From assembly GCA_039595375.1 (NCBI GenBank), contig JBCNLQ010000011.1:10684-74683 (forward strand): DNA of 64,000 nt, given 5' to 3'. This stretch comes from Chryseobacterium sp. Lineage in GTDB: Bacteria; Bacteroidota; Bacteroidia; Flavobacteriales; Weeksellaceae. Each line of letters opens with the position of its first letter. Position 1 is the first letter of the stretch. The notes beneath the pieces are model-generated. The model ran no database searches. It saw only the letters and a list, made by a program, of their open reading frames with translations, and was not told the origin of the DNA. Positions 38,286 to 47,635 of this stretch are shown piece by piece. Both the position numbers and the translations under genes were made by a program.

Positions 38286-39023
38286 ATGAAGAAAATACTT
38301 TTAGGAATAGCTCTTTCTGTAGTTGCGCTACAAGGTTGCAAGAAGGATAATGATGAGGAGGAAGTGGTGGCAGAAATCTCTATAGAAGATCAAAAAACCT
38401 ATGACGATGCAGCCGCAAAAGATTTTTTAACCAAAAACTATCTTAATAGCAAAGGTGTAATCACTGCTTTTGATGATACTGTAACAACTGATGACAACGA
38501 GAAGAAACTGATTGATTACGATTATAAAACACTTCCTTCCGGCGTTATCTACATTATAAGACCCGGCGCACAGCCAGTACCTGGAAAAGTGGTGGGAACG
38601 ACAGATGTGATTAGTTTAATGCAGATTAGTAAAACTTACTTATCAACCAAAACTAATGATAAGATTTCTTACTCAAGCGAAACTACTTTTGTCAATAACG
38701 TTACGACGTCTGGGATTCCAAGTTTCGATCCCGCTTACTACTATGTAAAACAATCTGTTCTTGACAAATATAATACGGATAACAAGACCACCTACACCAG
38801 AAGTTTTTACGAAATGGAAGGTTTGCAGGAAGCTCTGAAAATCTTCACTGCTTTTGATCTGGATAATTCTGCAGAATATAATATGCAAGGCGTGATTATT
38901 GTACCATCCAGAGCTGCTTACGGAAGAGATGATACCGTATATGGTACTGCCTTCAGAAACAGAAGTTTTGTTTTCAACTTCCAACTGTATAATACCAGAG
39001 CAAGAAAAACGACAGAAAATTAA
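38286..39023 (+). CDS. Lipoprotein, distantly FKBP-like
   Basis: Lipobox LQGC; TLPSGVIY, IIVPSRAAYG, FVFNFQL. Confidence 0.6.
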   Translation: MKKILLGIALSVVALQGCKKDNDEEEVVAEISIEDQKTYDDAAAKDFLTKNYLNSKGVITAFDDTVTTDDNEKKLIDYDYKTLPSGVIYIIRPGAQPVPGKVVGTTDVISLMQISKTYLSTKTNDKISYSSETTFVNNVTTSGIPSFDPAYYYVKQSVLDKYNTDNKTTYTRSFYEMEGLQEALKIFTAFDLDNSAEYNMQGVIIVPSRAAYGRDDTVYGTAFRNRSFVFNFQLYNTRARKTTEN

Positions 39024-39043
39024 TTTCAATTTTCAAATACAAT

Positions 39044-39084
39044 AAAAAAAGGAGCAAATTCAGTGGTGAATTTGCTCCTTTTTT
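39044..39084. terminator. Bidirectional terminator
   Basis: aaaaaaaggagcaaattca / tgaatttgctcctttttt IR. Confidence 0.8.
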
Positions 39085-39101
39085 ATTCTAATGACTGATT
39101 T

Positions 39102-40460
39102 TTAAATCTTAGCCAAAAAATCTTCAAACTGCATTTCTTTGATAGAAACATTCCCTTCTTCCGTGATTTTATCTAAGACAATCATTTCAATTTGATTGAT
39201 AGATTTGGCGTCGAATGGTTTGGAAACTCTCACATAATTTTCTGTGAAGCCATACATCAATTCGTTTTTGTTCTCGTGTTCCCAAAGAACTGGCAATGTT
39301 TTCCCAAGTTGACTTCTGTAGAATTCCATTTTCTTTTTTTCGGAAAGTATTCTCAGCATTTTATTTCTTCTTTTTCTTTCTGGGATCGGAACTGCGCCAG
39401 ACATTCCTGCAGCTTCTGTATTTTCCCTCTCAGAATAAGTGAAAACGTGAAGATAACTGATTGGCAAACCATTCAGGAAATTATAAGTTTCCATAAACAA
39501 TTCTTCTGTCTCACCAGGGAACCCGACAATCACATCAACACCAATTGCCGCATCCGGCATCACTTCCCGGATTTTATGAACTCTGTTGAAATATAATTTG
39601 GTCAGATATCGACGCTTCATTTTCTTTAGTAATTCATCACTCCCAGATTGAAGCGGAATATGAAAATGCGGTACAAAACTTCTGCTTTTGGAAACCAACT
39701 CGATACTTTCATCTTTCAGAAGATTGGGCTCTATGGAAGAAATCCGGATTCTCTCAATACCTTCTACTTTATCCAGTTCAGAGATCAAATCCAGAAAAGT
39801 ATGTTCGTGTTTTTTATTCCCAAACTCGCCTTTTCCATAATCTCCGATATTGACGCCGGTTAAAACAATTTCTTTAATATCTCTTGCCGCAATTTCCTTT
39901 GCGTTGTTTATCACATTTTCGATAGTATCGGAGCGGGAAATACCTCTAGCTAAAGGAATGGTGCAATAAGTACATTTATAATCACAGCCATCCTGAACTT
40001 TCAGAAAAGCTCTGGTTCTGTCGCCAATGGAATACGAACCCACGAAAAAATCGGTCTCATCAATCTCGCAAGAATGAATCTCCGCACGACTTTCCGACTT
40101 TTCCAAATCATCCAAATAACTCAGAATATTGAATTTTTCTTTTGCCCCCAGAACCAAATCTACGCCTGTAATGGCCGAGATTTCTTCTGGTTTCAACTGA
40201 GCGTAACAACCAATAATGGCAACTAGCCCGTCTGGGTTAGCTTTCGCAGCGCGCTTGACGTGAAGTTTACATTCTTTGTCGGCATTTTCTGTGACCGAAC
40301 AAGTGTTGATAATATAAACTTGAGCAGGCTCATCAAAGTTGACTTTTTGATAACCAGCGTCTGTCAGTTGCCTGGCAATTGTCGAGGTCTCTGCAAAGTT
40401 GAGTTTGCAGCCAAGTGTATGAAAAGCAACAGTTTTGGGTTGTGAAATAACATTTGACAT
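39102..40460 (-). CDS. mtaB: tRNA t6A methylthiotransferase
   Basis: TLGCKLNFAE, INTCSVT, KVQDGCDYKCTYC radical-SAM motif. Confidence 0.95.
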   Translation of the reverse strand: MSNVISQPKTVAFHTLGCKLNFAETSTIARQLTDAGYQKVNFDEPAQVYIINTCSVTENADKECKLHVKRAAKANPDGLVAIIGCYAQLKPEEISAITGVDLVLGAKEKFNILSYLDDLEKSESRAEIHSCEIDETDFFVGSYSIGDRTRAFLKVQDGCDYKCTYCTIPLARGISRSDTIENVINNAKEIAARDIKEIVLTGVNIGDYGKGEFGNKKHEHTFLDLISELDKVEGIERIRISSIEPNLLKDESIELVSKSRSFVPHFHIPLQSGSDELLKKMKRRYLTKLYFNRVHKIREVMPDAAIGVDVIVGFPGETEELFMETYNFLNGLPISYLHVFTYSERENTEAAGMSGAVPIPERKRRNKMLRILSEKKKMEFYRSQLGKTLPVLWEHENKNELMYGFTENYVRVSKPFDAKSINQIEMIVLDKITEEGNVSIKEMQFEDFLAKI

Positions 40461-40522
40461 AAGGCTGCAAAGTTATTAATAAAATTGCAACCGTTCCAAA
40501 TGATGAATAAGGTGACTGCATT

Positions 40523-40750
40523 CTACAGCCAAAAGTAAATTTTAAGGATTGCAGTAGTAATATTTATACTTTTAGAATAGCAAATAGTTTTTCTGCTCAA
40601 TCTTTTCAGGTGGATTTGTATGCTGAGATTCTGTCTGTCGATATGGTTGGTAGCATACCTTTTAACGGAGTGTATTTCTTCAGGAATAAGATATTGGTAA
40701 TTGTTCAGCTTGTCGGTGTAGATCGTTTCGGCTTTTGCATTTATTAAAAT
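40523..40750 (-). pseudogene. IS1-family transposase (InsB) C-terminal fragment
   Basis: IYTDKL..Y..LIP..IH....ATNHIDRQNL....HLKRLSRKTICYSKS....AILKIYFW matches the IS1 InsB C-terminus pattern; the N-terminal DDE part is absent. Confidence 0.75.
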
Positions 40751-40810
40751 AAATGTTTTTTTCATTTGATTTTAGGGTTAAAAATTGTCCAGTTTTCAGG
40801 GGGACTTACA
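40751..40810 (-). mobile_element. IS3-family left end (IR plus start of orfA)
   Basis: Revcomp TGTAAGTCCCCCTGAAAACTGGACA (5'-TG IS3-type IR) followed by ...ATCAAATGAAAAAAACA (MKKT). Confidence 0.6.
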
Positions 40811-40975
40811 GGCTGGCTGATACCGTGCTCCCGGCAAATCTCATTCACCGTTTTCCCTTGATTTTGTTCAGATAAAATATTGATAATCTGAACTTCTGTA
40901 AACTTGCTCTTTTTCATAGTCTTCCAAATTTAAAAACTATATTTTTAAATGTTACGGTTTTTCGGGAAGATTACA
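40811..40975 (-). mobile_element. Second IS3-family left end with truncated orfA
   Basis: IR TGTAATCTTCCCGAAAAACCGTAACA (40975-40950); ATG at 40917 gives MKKSKFTEVQIINILSEQNQGKTVNEICREHGISQP, cut by the IR at 40810. Confidence 0.8.
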
Positions 40976-41002
40976 CTCTTTCAAATGTGCTACAGGATGT
41001 AA

Positions 41003-41038
41003 AATAAAAACCCTCGCAAATTACGAGGGTTTTTTATT
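41003..41038. terminator. Terminator closing the Rhs toxin operon
   Basis: aaaaaccctcg / cgagggtttttt IR. Confidence 0.8.
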
Positions 41039-41085
41039 TATCTGCCACACGATAAAATCGTGCGGTAGCGAGGAAGAATCTATCT

Positions 41086-41583
41086 TTATCTACATATAGG
41101 ATATAATATAGGTTTAAAGTCATCGCCCTCTTTTAAATATGTCTTTTTATTGTTTGATGTTATGACCCTTTTATTATAAAAATTAGGTTTAACAAACCCT
41201 AAATAAAATTTGTTTATTTCTGAAGGCAGTTTCATAATTATCAGATTTTTGTTCTCATTTCTTTGAATATACGAACACTCTCCAATACTAATACTATTTT
41301 TTTGCCTATCTTTTGAACTAATAAAACCAATTCCATCATCATTATATAAGAAAATCTGATGATTTTCAATTGCTCTTTGAATATTCTTTGTAGATTCCAA
41401 CAAATCTTCACTCAAAATGAACTTGCCATCATATCCTTTAATCATTATTATAATTGGCTTATTTATAGTAACAGTGTCTTTAGTTACATAAGACTCGCCT
41501 AATGATTGAGAGAATAATTGATTACTTAAAATTAAAAGCAAAATAATGAAAATAAATTTATTCGGCTTGTTGTATACTTCCAT
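41086..41583 (-). CDS. Putative immunity protein 3 (exported)
   Basis: 165 aa, AT-rich, signal peptide (LFS|Q), directly downstream of toxin tip 3. Function inferred from position. Confidence 0.6.
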   Translation of the reverse strand: MEVYNKPNKFIFIILLLILSNQLFSQSLGESYVTKDTVTINKPIIIMIKGYDGKFILSEDLLESTKNIQRAIENHQIFLYNDDGIGFISSKDRQKNSISIGECSYIQRNENKNLIIMKLPSEINKFYLGFVKPNFYNKRVITSNNKKTYLKEGDDFKPILYPICR

Positions 41584-41611
41584 TTCTAAATCTTTTATAT
41601 TCTTTATCTGT

Positions 41612-42405
41612 TTACAAATTATTATTTTGAATATGAATAGTTGCTTGTCCTAATCCACCTGTAGCAGTTTTAGCTTTATTAGGTTCTGAAGGAGTACCGA
41701 TAATAGCATTCATAACATCTGAGATATTAGAAGAAGTAATATCATTTGATCGATTAGGATCACCAGAAGAAGTCGTTAGAATACCACTCGTAGTGTGATC
41801 CGCACCAAGAGTATGACCTACTTCGTGAGCTCCAGTTTCGCTATCTGCTCTAGAATCTTTGACTCTTATACTATTTCCTCCTGCTGTAACTCCATTATCA
41901 CCAGATTCCATATCTTTTGCTGCTGCTACTCTATAAATATTACCTTCTCCCTTAGTTGCTGATTCCATTTGCTTTATTGAGAACATCTAAGCGTTTTTCA
42001 CCTTTACCAACACTTACTTCAGATGTTTGTAAGTCAAACTTAATTTTCATAGACACATCTTTGCCATTTGCATCTCTATAAGTGTAATTATACTTACCAC
42101 TCACATCATTCCGCATTTTTACTGCTTGATTAGCTGATTTCATATCATTCGCTGTAGCATAATAAGTTGCTTTTATTGTAACAGTTCCTGTTTTGAAATC
42201 AATATACACACCATAATCTCTACCATCATAATCTACAAACATTGCAGGATTGTTGCCTGCGTAGGTGTATGGTGACATTCTTCTATACTTCTCCGCCAAC
42301 GGATCCACCACACCCCATCTCCCGATATCCGGCATATAAAACCTTGCTCCATAATCATACATTCCCGTTTCCTGTAGCTCCTTACCGTTGTACTTGTAAT
42401 TAAAT
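41612..42405 (-). pseudogene. Orphan Rhs core plus metallopeptidase toxin tip 3, frameshifted
   Basis: [35 protein letters not shown]...[11 protein letters not shown]; reading frame shifts near 41975; downstream frame has HEVGHTLGADH. Confidence 0.8.
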
Positions 42406-42430
42406 GAAGTATCTGAGAATCAAACTCACA

Positions 42431-42859
42431 TTACTGAAAAGTTCTAGCCTTGTTTGTAAATTCAACAGTATAATTCATATTAGATTTTCCAACGTAAATA
42501 AACTTGTATTTTGACAATTTTTCTTTGTTTAAAATTATCTCCTTCTTATTATCAATTTTTATAGAAACCTCTTTATCATTTGAAATAATACAAGCACCTG
42601 CGAACCCCAATTGTGGGACGGTTACTAGTCTTTCATTAAAAACATTTTCTTGATCCCCTTTAATTTGAATCATATTATCAAATGTCTCCGTAAAGTAAAT
42701 TATTGATTGATTCTTTTTTATTTCTAATTTTTCTAATAAAAAAATTGAACTCTTATCATCTTTATCAACGGATAAATTATTTTCGTAGATAAATTTTGTA
42801 CTTGAACAATTAAAAAAGAATAAGACTATGAAAGCGAAACTTCTATTTAATAATTTCAT
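42431..42859 (-). CDS. Putative immunity lipoprotein 2
   Basis: Lipobox-like FFNC; overlaps the stop of tip 2; visibly homologous to 43685-44104. Confidence 0.7.
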   Translation of the reverse strand: MKLLNRSFAFIVLFFFNCSSTKFIYENNLSVDKDDKSSIFLLEKLEIKKNQSIIYFTETFDNMIQIKGDQENVFNERLVTVPQLGFAGACIISNDKEVSIKIDNKKEIILNKEKLSKYKFIYVGKSNMNYTVEFTNKARTFQ

Positions 42860-43646
42860 TATTTAGTTTTTTTTGTTGTTCTTCAATTTGATTGATTACC
42901 TGTGTTCGTTGAACAGGGCTTACATTACTTCCTGAAGCGGTGGGTCTGAGTAAATTTTTAGGATCTTTTTGCACTTCATTATCCGAATGTTGTAATCCCA
43001 AAACATGTCCATCTTCATGGCTTCCTCTTACAGCTACATCAGATCTTTTTTGACTATTATTGAAGTTAATCGTTCCATCATTATTCCATTCCATATTTAT
43101 CTCTAATCCTACATTGATTTGGGTTTTATTGTTTTGGGTATCACCAATTTTGTCTGTCACTCCCCCTGCCATAGCTTCATATATTGCTCTAGAATTAGCA
43201 CTTAATTTATCGTTTCCTTCAACTCCAGAAAAATCATATGCCATATTATATTCCCATGAAATTGTAGCTTTATCACTCTGACTAAAAGAAATATTAACTG
43301 TATTTCCATTAGAATCTGTACCTCCAAAAGATGAAACAATTTGAGCTTCACGCTCTTTTGTCAATGTAGACATTTGCTCTTTTGAGAGTGCGCCCATTGT
43401 ATTATTAATGGGTTTATATGTCAGATGTAAATTAACTGTTTTATCTTCCAGATTTCTACTTGACACCCATTCTAATCCCTCTAATTCCCTACCATCGATA
43501 ACCCTATTTTCAGAAAATGCATAGGTACTATTATGCGTATATTTTTCTGCAAGCGGGTCAACATTAAAGAACCTTCCTACATCTGGCATATACTGTCTCC
43601 ATTTATAAGCGTAGAATCCAGCTTTCTGTAATTCCTGCTCCTGCAT
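42843..43646 (-). CDS. Orphan Rhs core plus metallopeptidase toxin tip 2
   Basis: Starts MQEQELQ...[23 protein letters not shown]...ELEGLE, as in the main Rhs; tip has HEDGHVLGLQH. Confidence 0.85.
   Translation of the reverse strand: MQEQELQKAGFYAYKWRQYMPDVGRFFNVDPLAEKYTHNSTYAFSENRVIDGRELEGLEWVSSRNLEDKTVNLHLTYKPINNTMGALSKEQMSTLTKEREAQIVSSFGGTDSNGNTVNISFSQSDKATISWEYNMAYDFSGVEGNDKLSANSRAIYEAMAGGVTDKIGDTQNNKTQINVGLEINMEWNNDGTINFNNSQKRSDVAVRGSHEDGHVLGLQHSDNEVQKDPKNLLRPTASGSNVSPVQRTQVINQIEEQQKKLNNEIIK
43498..43592. repeat. 95-bp perfect direct repeat of the Rhs core (other copy 44680-44774)
   Basis: ataaccctattttcagaaaatgc...acatctggcatata is identical in both copies. Confidence 0.9.
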
Positions 43647-43684
43647 TTATTATTAAGATAAAGAATTATATTGAAATATTGATG

Positions 43685-44104
43685 CTAAGCATAATACCTT
43701 GGCACATTAGAGAACAGTAACTTTATGTTATCATTTTCATTTGTTATATATAAATATTTGTATTTATGTACATCTTTAGTTTTTAAGATAACCCTTTTAT
43801 TATTAATAACAATAACCAGACTATTAATCAAATTAAAATTATAAGAAAAAACACTGGCTTCACCACTAATATTATCCGTAGTGATTTTTTTATAATCTTC
43901 TCTTTTATTGTCAATGAAAACTTCTACTAAATCATTACTAAATTTTTTTTCGAAGACAATATAAAATTTATCTTTATAAAATGAATTAATCTCTTTTTCC
44001 TTATCATTCATTTCTTTATTATCATATTTAATTAGTATTTTTTGATTTTGATATAAGTTTTTACAGCTTATAAAAAATATTAAAAAAGTGAAAAGAAAAT
44101 TCAT
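43685..44104 (-). CDS. Putative immunity lipoprotein 1
   Basis: Start placed at MNFLFTFLIFFISC (44104), 4 bp after the Rhs stop; lipobox-like ISC; very AT-rich. Confidence 0.7.
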   Translation of the reverse strand: MNFLFTFLIFFISCKNLYQNQKILIKYDNKEMNDKEKEINSFYKDKFYIVFEKKFSNDLVEVFIDNKREDYKKITTDNISGEASVFSYNFNLINSLVIVINNKRVILKTKDVHKYKYLYITNENDNIKLLFSNVPRYYA

Positions 44105-44108
44105 TCTA

Positions 44109-47100
44109 TTAATCTGTAAAAAACGGTGTAACATATTGATTTTTATTTATTTCAACTTTAGTTTCAGTAGGTACATTTTGTTGCATAGTTGATATTTGTT
44201 CTGAAGTAACATTTAATTCAGTCACCTTTGGATACATTAAATTTGTTGGGTCGTTTGTATGCTCATTTCCTGTAGAATGTCCTATTTCGTGAGTTCCAAC
44301 TGCTGGTTCAATTGTTCCAAAAACTTTATGAACCTGCATTATGTTTGATTGAGTATTACCTATTTCGGCTTTTCCAGCAGTCATTACACTTGACCCTCCT
44401 TCGACTTTATCAACATATTTAATTCCATAATCCCCTGCCTGTAGACTACTTACATTTTCTGTATTGATTACTGTATTAAAAGGTATGTCATTTTGCGTTC
44501 CGGAGAAAGTACTTTCCGTATTTTTAACAATTGTTTGTGTTAAATTACTTACCTCAGATTTTGTTAGCGAAGAATTATTTTCAATCTTTAGATTTACAGT
44601 ATAATCAATTTTTTGAGAACCATCTTTATTGTAATAATGTATACCTTTCCATTCCAAACCTTCTAATTCTCTCCCATCAATAACCCTATTTTCAGAAAAT
44701 GCATAGGTACTATTATGCGTATATTTTTCTGCAAGCGGGTCAACATTAAAGAACCTTCCTACATCTGGCATATATTGTCTCCATTTGTAAGCATAGAAAC
44801 CTGTTTCCTGTAATTCCTGCTCTTGCATCTTATAGTTAAACAACGAACCCTGCGCATCAAACACAGAATAATAGCCCACAAAGTTCATCCCAAAAGGATA
44901 GAAGTCATTTCTGTCAAGAACTTCTATGCTGCCACTTACAGGATCCTTTGCATAACTTAGCCTTACGTTGCCTAAGTGATCCTTGTACTGGTAAATATAC
45001 TTAGAATTTTCTACATCATAAAACCCTTCCGCTGTCGGGAAGAATGACAATACCATTGTGGTCTGTGGCTGGGGAACAGCGTTGGCTTCATCTATACGGG
45101 ACACAAAAGTTTCTTCCTCACTTGCTGATCTGGCATCCATTGTCGCTTCATCTGTCTGCCGGAATGCCTGAGCTATCTCCGCACTTCTGGTCACATACTG
45201 GAAGCCATCCAGATATTCCGAATTGGTCACCGTGCTGCCCTCCGAGTTATTCAGCGTAAAGGCTTTCCTGATCTTCACACCATCAGCTCTATAATAGTAC
45301 TTCGTGTTGTTGACCTGTGCTATTTCCTTCGGAAGGTTCAAATGGTTATAGGTGATGGACGTGATGCCTTTGTCCGGCATTTTGGTCATATTGCCATTGG
45401 CATCGTATTCTATCAGCCCGTTGTCGCCTTCGTAGCCACTTAGGTTGTTAGCCGTATCTGCTATGTTGGTCACCCGGTTGCCTCCGCCCGTGTAGGTGTA
45501 GGTCAGGTTATCGATCATTGCTGGCACTGTGCTTTTGGGCTTGAATGCAAAACGCTTCAGCTTTCTAATATTTCCATTGAGATCATATTCTTCGATGATT
45601 TCATTGTTGGTGCCTTTTCCGGGGTTGTAGGGATCTTGGTAGAAGCCCGCCAGTAATCTGTTCAAATTATCATAAGCATAGCCGTAGCGCATCGGTGCAC
45701 TGTAGGACACTGCCCCTGTGGCATCTACCGCATTCCAGTCGATCTCTGCTATGTTGCCGTTGTATTTCGGCTGTACGGTCAGATTCGGGTAAGCTGTGCT
45801 GGGATTCTGCAGACCGGCTAACGGCTCATTATAACGGATCCTATACCCGAACAGACTGCTGCCCATCGTGGTGGCATTCGTAGGATCATTTACGGATGAC
45901 AGCCAACCGCGGATGTTGTATTTGTAATCAATGGTCTGCAAAGGATTAGATGCGGATCTTCCAACTTCTTTCTTGGTTAGTTGCCCAATTTCATTGTAGG
46001 TGTTCTTGGCAAGCGATACCACCGGAGATTTGCCTACTACCTCGTGGTAATGTTCCAAAAGCCGATTCTGATGGTCATATTCAAAGTCTTCTTTTATCAC
46101 CGTTTCCTCACTGCTGCTTAGCCGCTTGTGGTAGGTCATTGTTTTCCGGGGAACGCCTGAAAAGTCCAGCAAAGACTCAGATTTGGTGTAGCCGCTCAAG
46201 TGGTTGTAGCTCCACGTTCCTATTGGTCTTGCTTTTTGGTCATAGAAGGTGTAGGTTTTGGTCCACTTGTCATCCTCCAGATTCTTCACAAAAGAGGCTG
46301 TGGGAAGGGATTTGGTACTTAGGTTACCTGTCTGCGGCAGAACAGTCTGATTCTGGATGCTGGCGGGAACCGATGCGAGATCCGGGGGATACGTATCATA
46401 ATAGTTCACGGACAGCAGCTTGGTGATAACGGAAGGAAAAGCATTATTGGTATAATACAAATTGATCCCATTATAGTTCAGCGCTGTACCGCTTCGGGAT
46501 TCGTTATTACTGATGATGGTGGTGCTGGTATCTACTATATTCTGTACAGCAGCCCGTCCATCCGTGCTGGCTACAAAGCCTGTGTAAACCACCCTGCCGA
46601 ACTGGTCATATTTGGTAAACAGCCAGCCTTGGGCACCGAAAGTATTGCTGGCTGAAGCCAGATTGGCGTCCTGTGTAAAGATCAGCCTGTCCTGCTTGTC
46701 ATACACCATATATTCCCAGCCTTTGCCCGGGAGTTTCTTTTCGATCAGGCGGTTTCTGCCGTCGTAGCGGTATTGGTAGCAGAGGTGGTCTATAATATTC
46801 CTGGTAGCCGGATCCAACGCACTGCTTCCCCCGGCAACTGCTGCATCCAGTTTTTGTGAAGCCTCCGGAGAGATCACGAAAGAAAGTCGGTTGTATTCAT
46901 CATAAACATAGTAAGTATCTGCCGATTGTGTGGGAGTCAGCATCTTTCTTACCAGTAGGGTTTGTCCTTCGCCATTTTTAAACTCGATGCTTACATTCTT
47001 GTCCTCGTCAGTAACGATGTTTTTGTAAAGCTGGTTGTCCCCGAAATATTTTGCTGTTTCCAGCCTGAGGTCATTGTTTTTCTGGTTAGGCCAGTAGACA

Positions 47101-47624
47101 TTGCTCCAGAAGCGCATCACCTTATCTGTGCTTTTGCTGGCTTCGTAGTCAAATTTTACCGGATTGTTGCTCCAAGCATTCCCAACTTGTACCTGTTGTT
47201 GGATGCGGTCTAATGGCGAGTTTTCCAATATTTTGTTAGAGTAGAACTTGGTCTCTGATGGAAAAATACCCGGAAGAACAGGATTGGACACTGGAGGATC
47301 GGACTGAGGATTCTGAGGATAAATGGCTCCATTTGAGCTTCCTGTCTGAGGAATCGGCATATAATCCTGGACTTGTCTCCCGAAGCCGTCGTAAATAATC
47401 GGAGTTACTACATCATTTCCCTTGGGCGAGCCTTTCACATTAACCACCTGCTTTGGGCGACCTAGGCCGTCATAATATGAGACTGATTGGATTTGTTTTA
47501 CAGTGGTGCTAGTTGAACTAACGGGTTCAAGATAAGTTCTACTTTGTATATAATTCTCAGTATTTGTCTGTGCATCATATAATATAGATACAAATAGAGA
47601 TATGGTTAAAATATAATTTTTCAT
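44109..47624 (-). CDS. Rhs repeat-associated core protein with signal peptide, DUF6443-like N-terminus and metzincin toxin tip
   Basis: YYDGLGRPKQ, YDGFGRQ, YRYDGRNRLIEKKLPGKGW, YKYNIRGWL, QPKYNGNIAEIDW, YQYKDHLGNVRLSY; tip HEIGHSTGNEH...LMYP. Confidence 0.93.
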   Translation of the reverse strand: MKNYILTISLFVSILYDAQTNTENYIQSRTYLEPVSSTSTTVKQIQSVSYYDGLGRPKQVVNVKGSPKGNDVVTPIIYDGFGRQVQDYMPIPQTGSSNGAIYPQNPQSDPPVSNPVLPGIFPSETKFYSNKILENSPLDRIQQQVQVGNAWSNNPVKFDYEASKSTDKVMRFWSNVYWPNQKNNDLRLETAKYFGDNQLYKNIVTDEDKNVSIEFKNGEGQTLLVRKMLTPTQSADTYYVYDEYNRLSFVISPEASQKLDAAVAGGSSALDPATRNIIDHLCYQYRYDGRNRLIEKKLPGKGWEYMVYDKQDRLIFTQDANLASASNTFGAQGWLFTKYDQFGRVVYTGFVASTDGRAAVQNIVDTSTTIISNNESRSGTALNYNGINLYYTNNAFPSVITKLLSVNYYDTYPPDLASVPASIQNQTVLPQTGNLSTKSLPTASFVKNLEDDKWTKTYTFYDQKARPIGTWSYNHLSGYTKSESLLDFSGVPRKTMTYHKRLSSSEETVIKEDFEYDHQNRLLEHYHEVVGKSPVVSLAKNTYNEIGQLTKKEVGRSASNPLQTIDYKYNIRGWLSSVNDPTNATTMGSSLFGYRIRYNEPLAGLQNPSTAYPNLTVQPKYNGNIAEIDWNAVDATGAVSYSAPMRYGYAYDNLNRLLAGFYQDPYNPGKGTNNEIIEEYDLNGNIRKLKRFAFKPKSTVPAMIDNLTYTYTGGGNRVTNIADTANNLSGYEGDNGLIEYDANGNMTKMPDKGITSITYNHLNLPKEIAQVNNTKYYYRADGVKIRKAFTLNNSEGSTVTNSEYLDGFQYVTRSAEIAQAFRQTDEATMDARSASEEETFVSRIDEANAVPQPQTTMVLSFFPTAEGFYDVENSKYIYQYKDHLGNVRLSYAKDPVSGSIEVLDRNDFYPFGMNFVGYYSVFDAQGSLFNYKMQEQELQETGFYAYKWRQYMPDVGRFFNVDPLAEKYTHNSTYAFSENRVIDGRELEGLEWKGIHYYNKDGSQKIDYTVNLKIENNSSLTKSEVSNLTQTIVKNTESTFSGTQNDIPFNTVINTENVSSLQAGDYGIKYVDKVEGGSSVMTAGKAEIGNTQSNIMQVHKVFGTIEPAVGTHEIGHSTGNEHTNDPTNLMYPKVTELNVTSEQISTMQQNVPTETKVEINKNQYVTPFFTD

Positions 47625-47635
47625 AGTTGTATTTT

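Noticed and set aside
40523-40765. Novel 80-aa small protein
   Set aside because: Better explained as a chimera of an IS3 orfA start and an IS1 InsB fragment.
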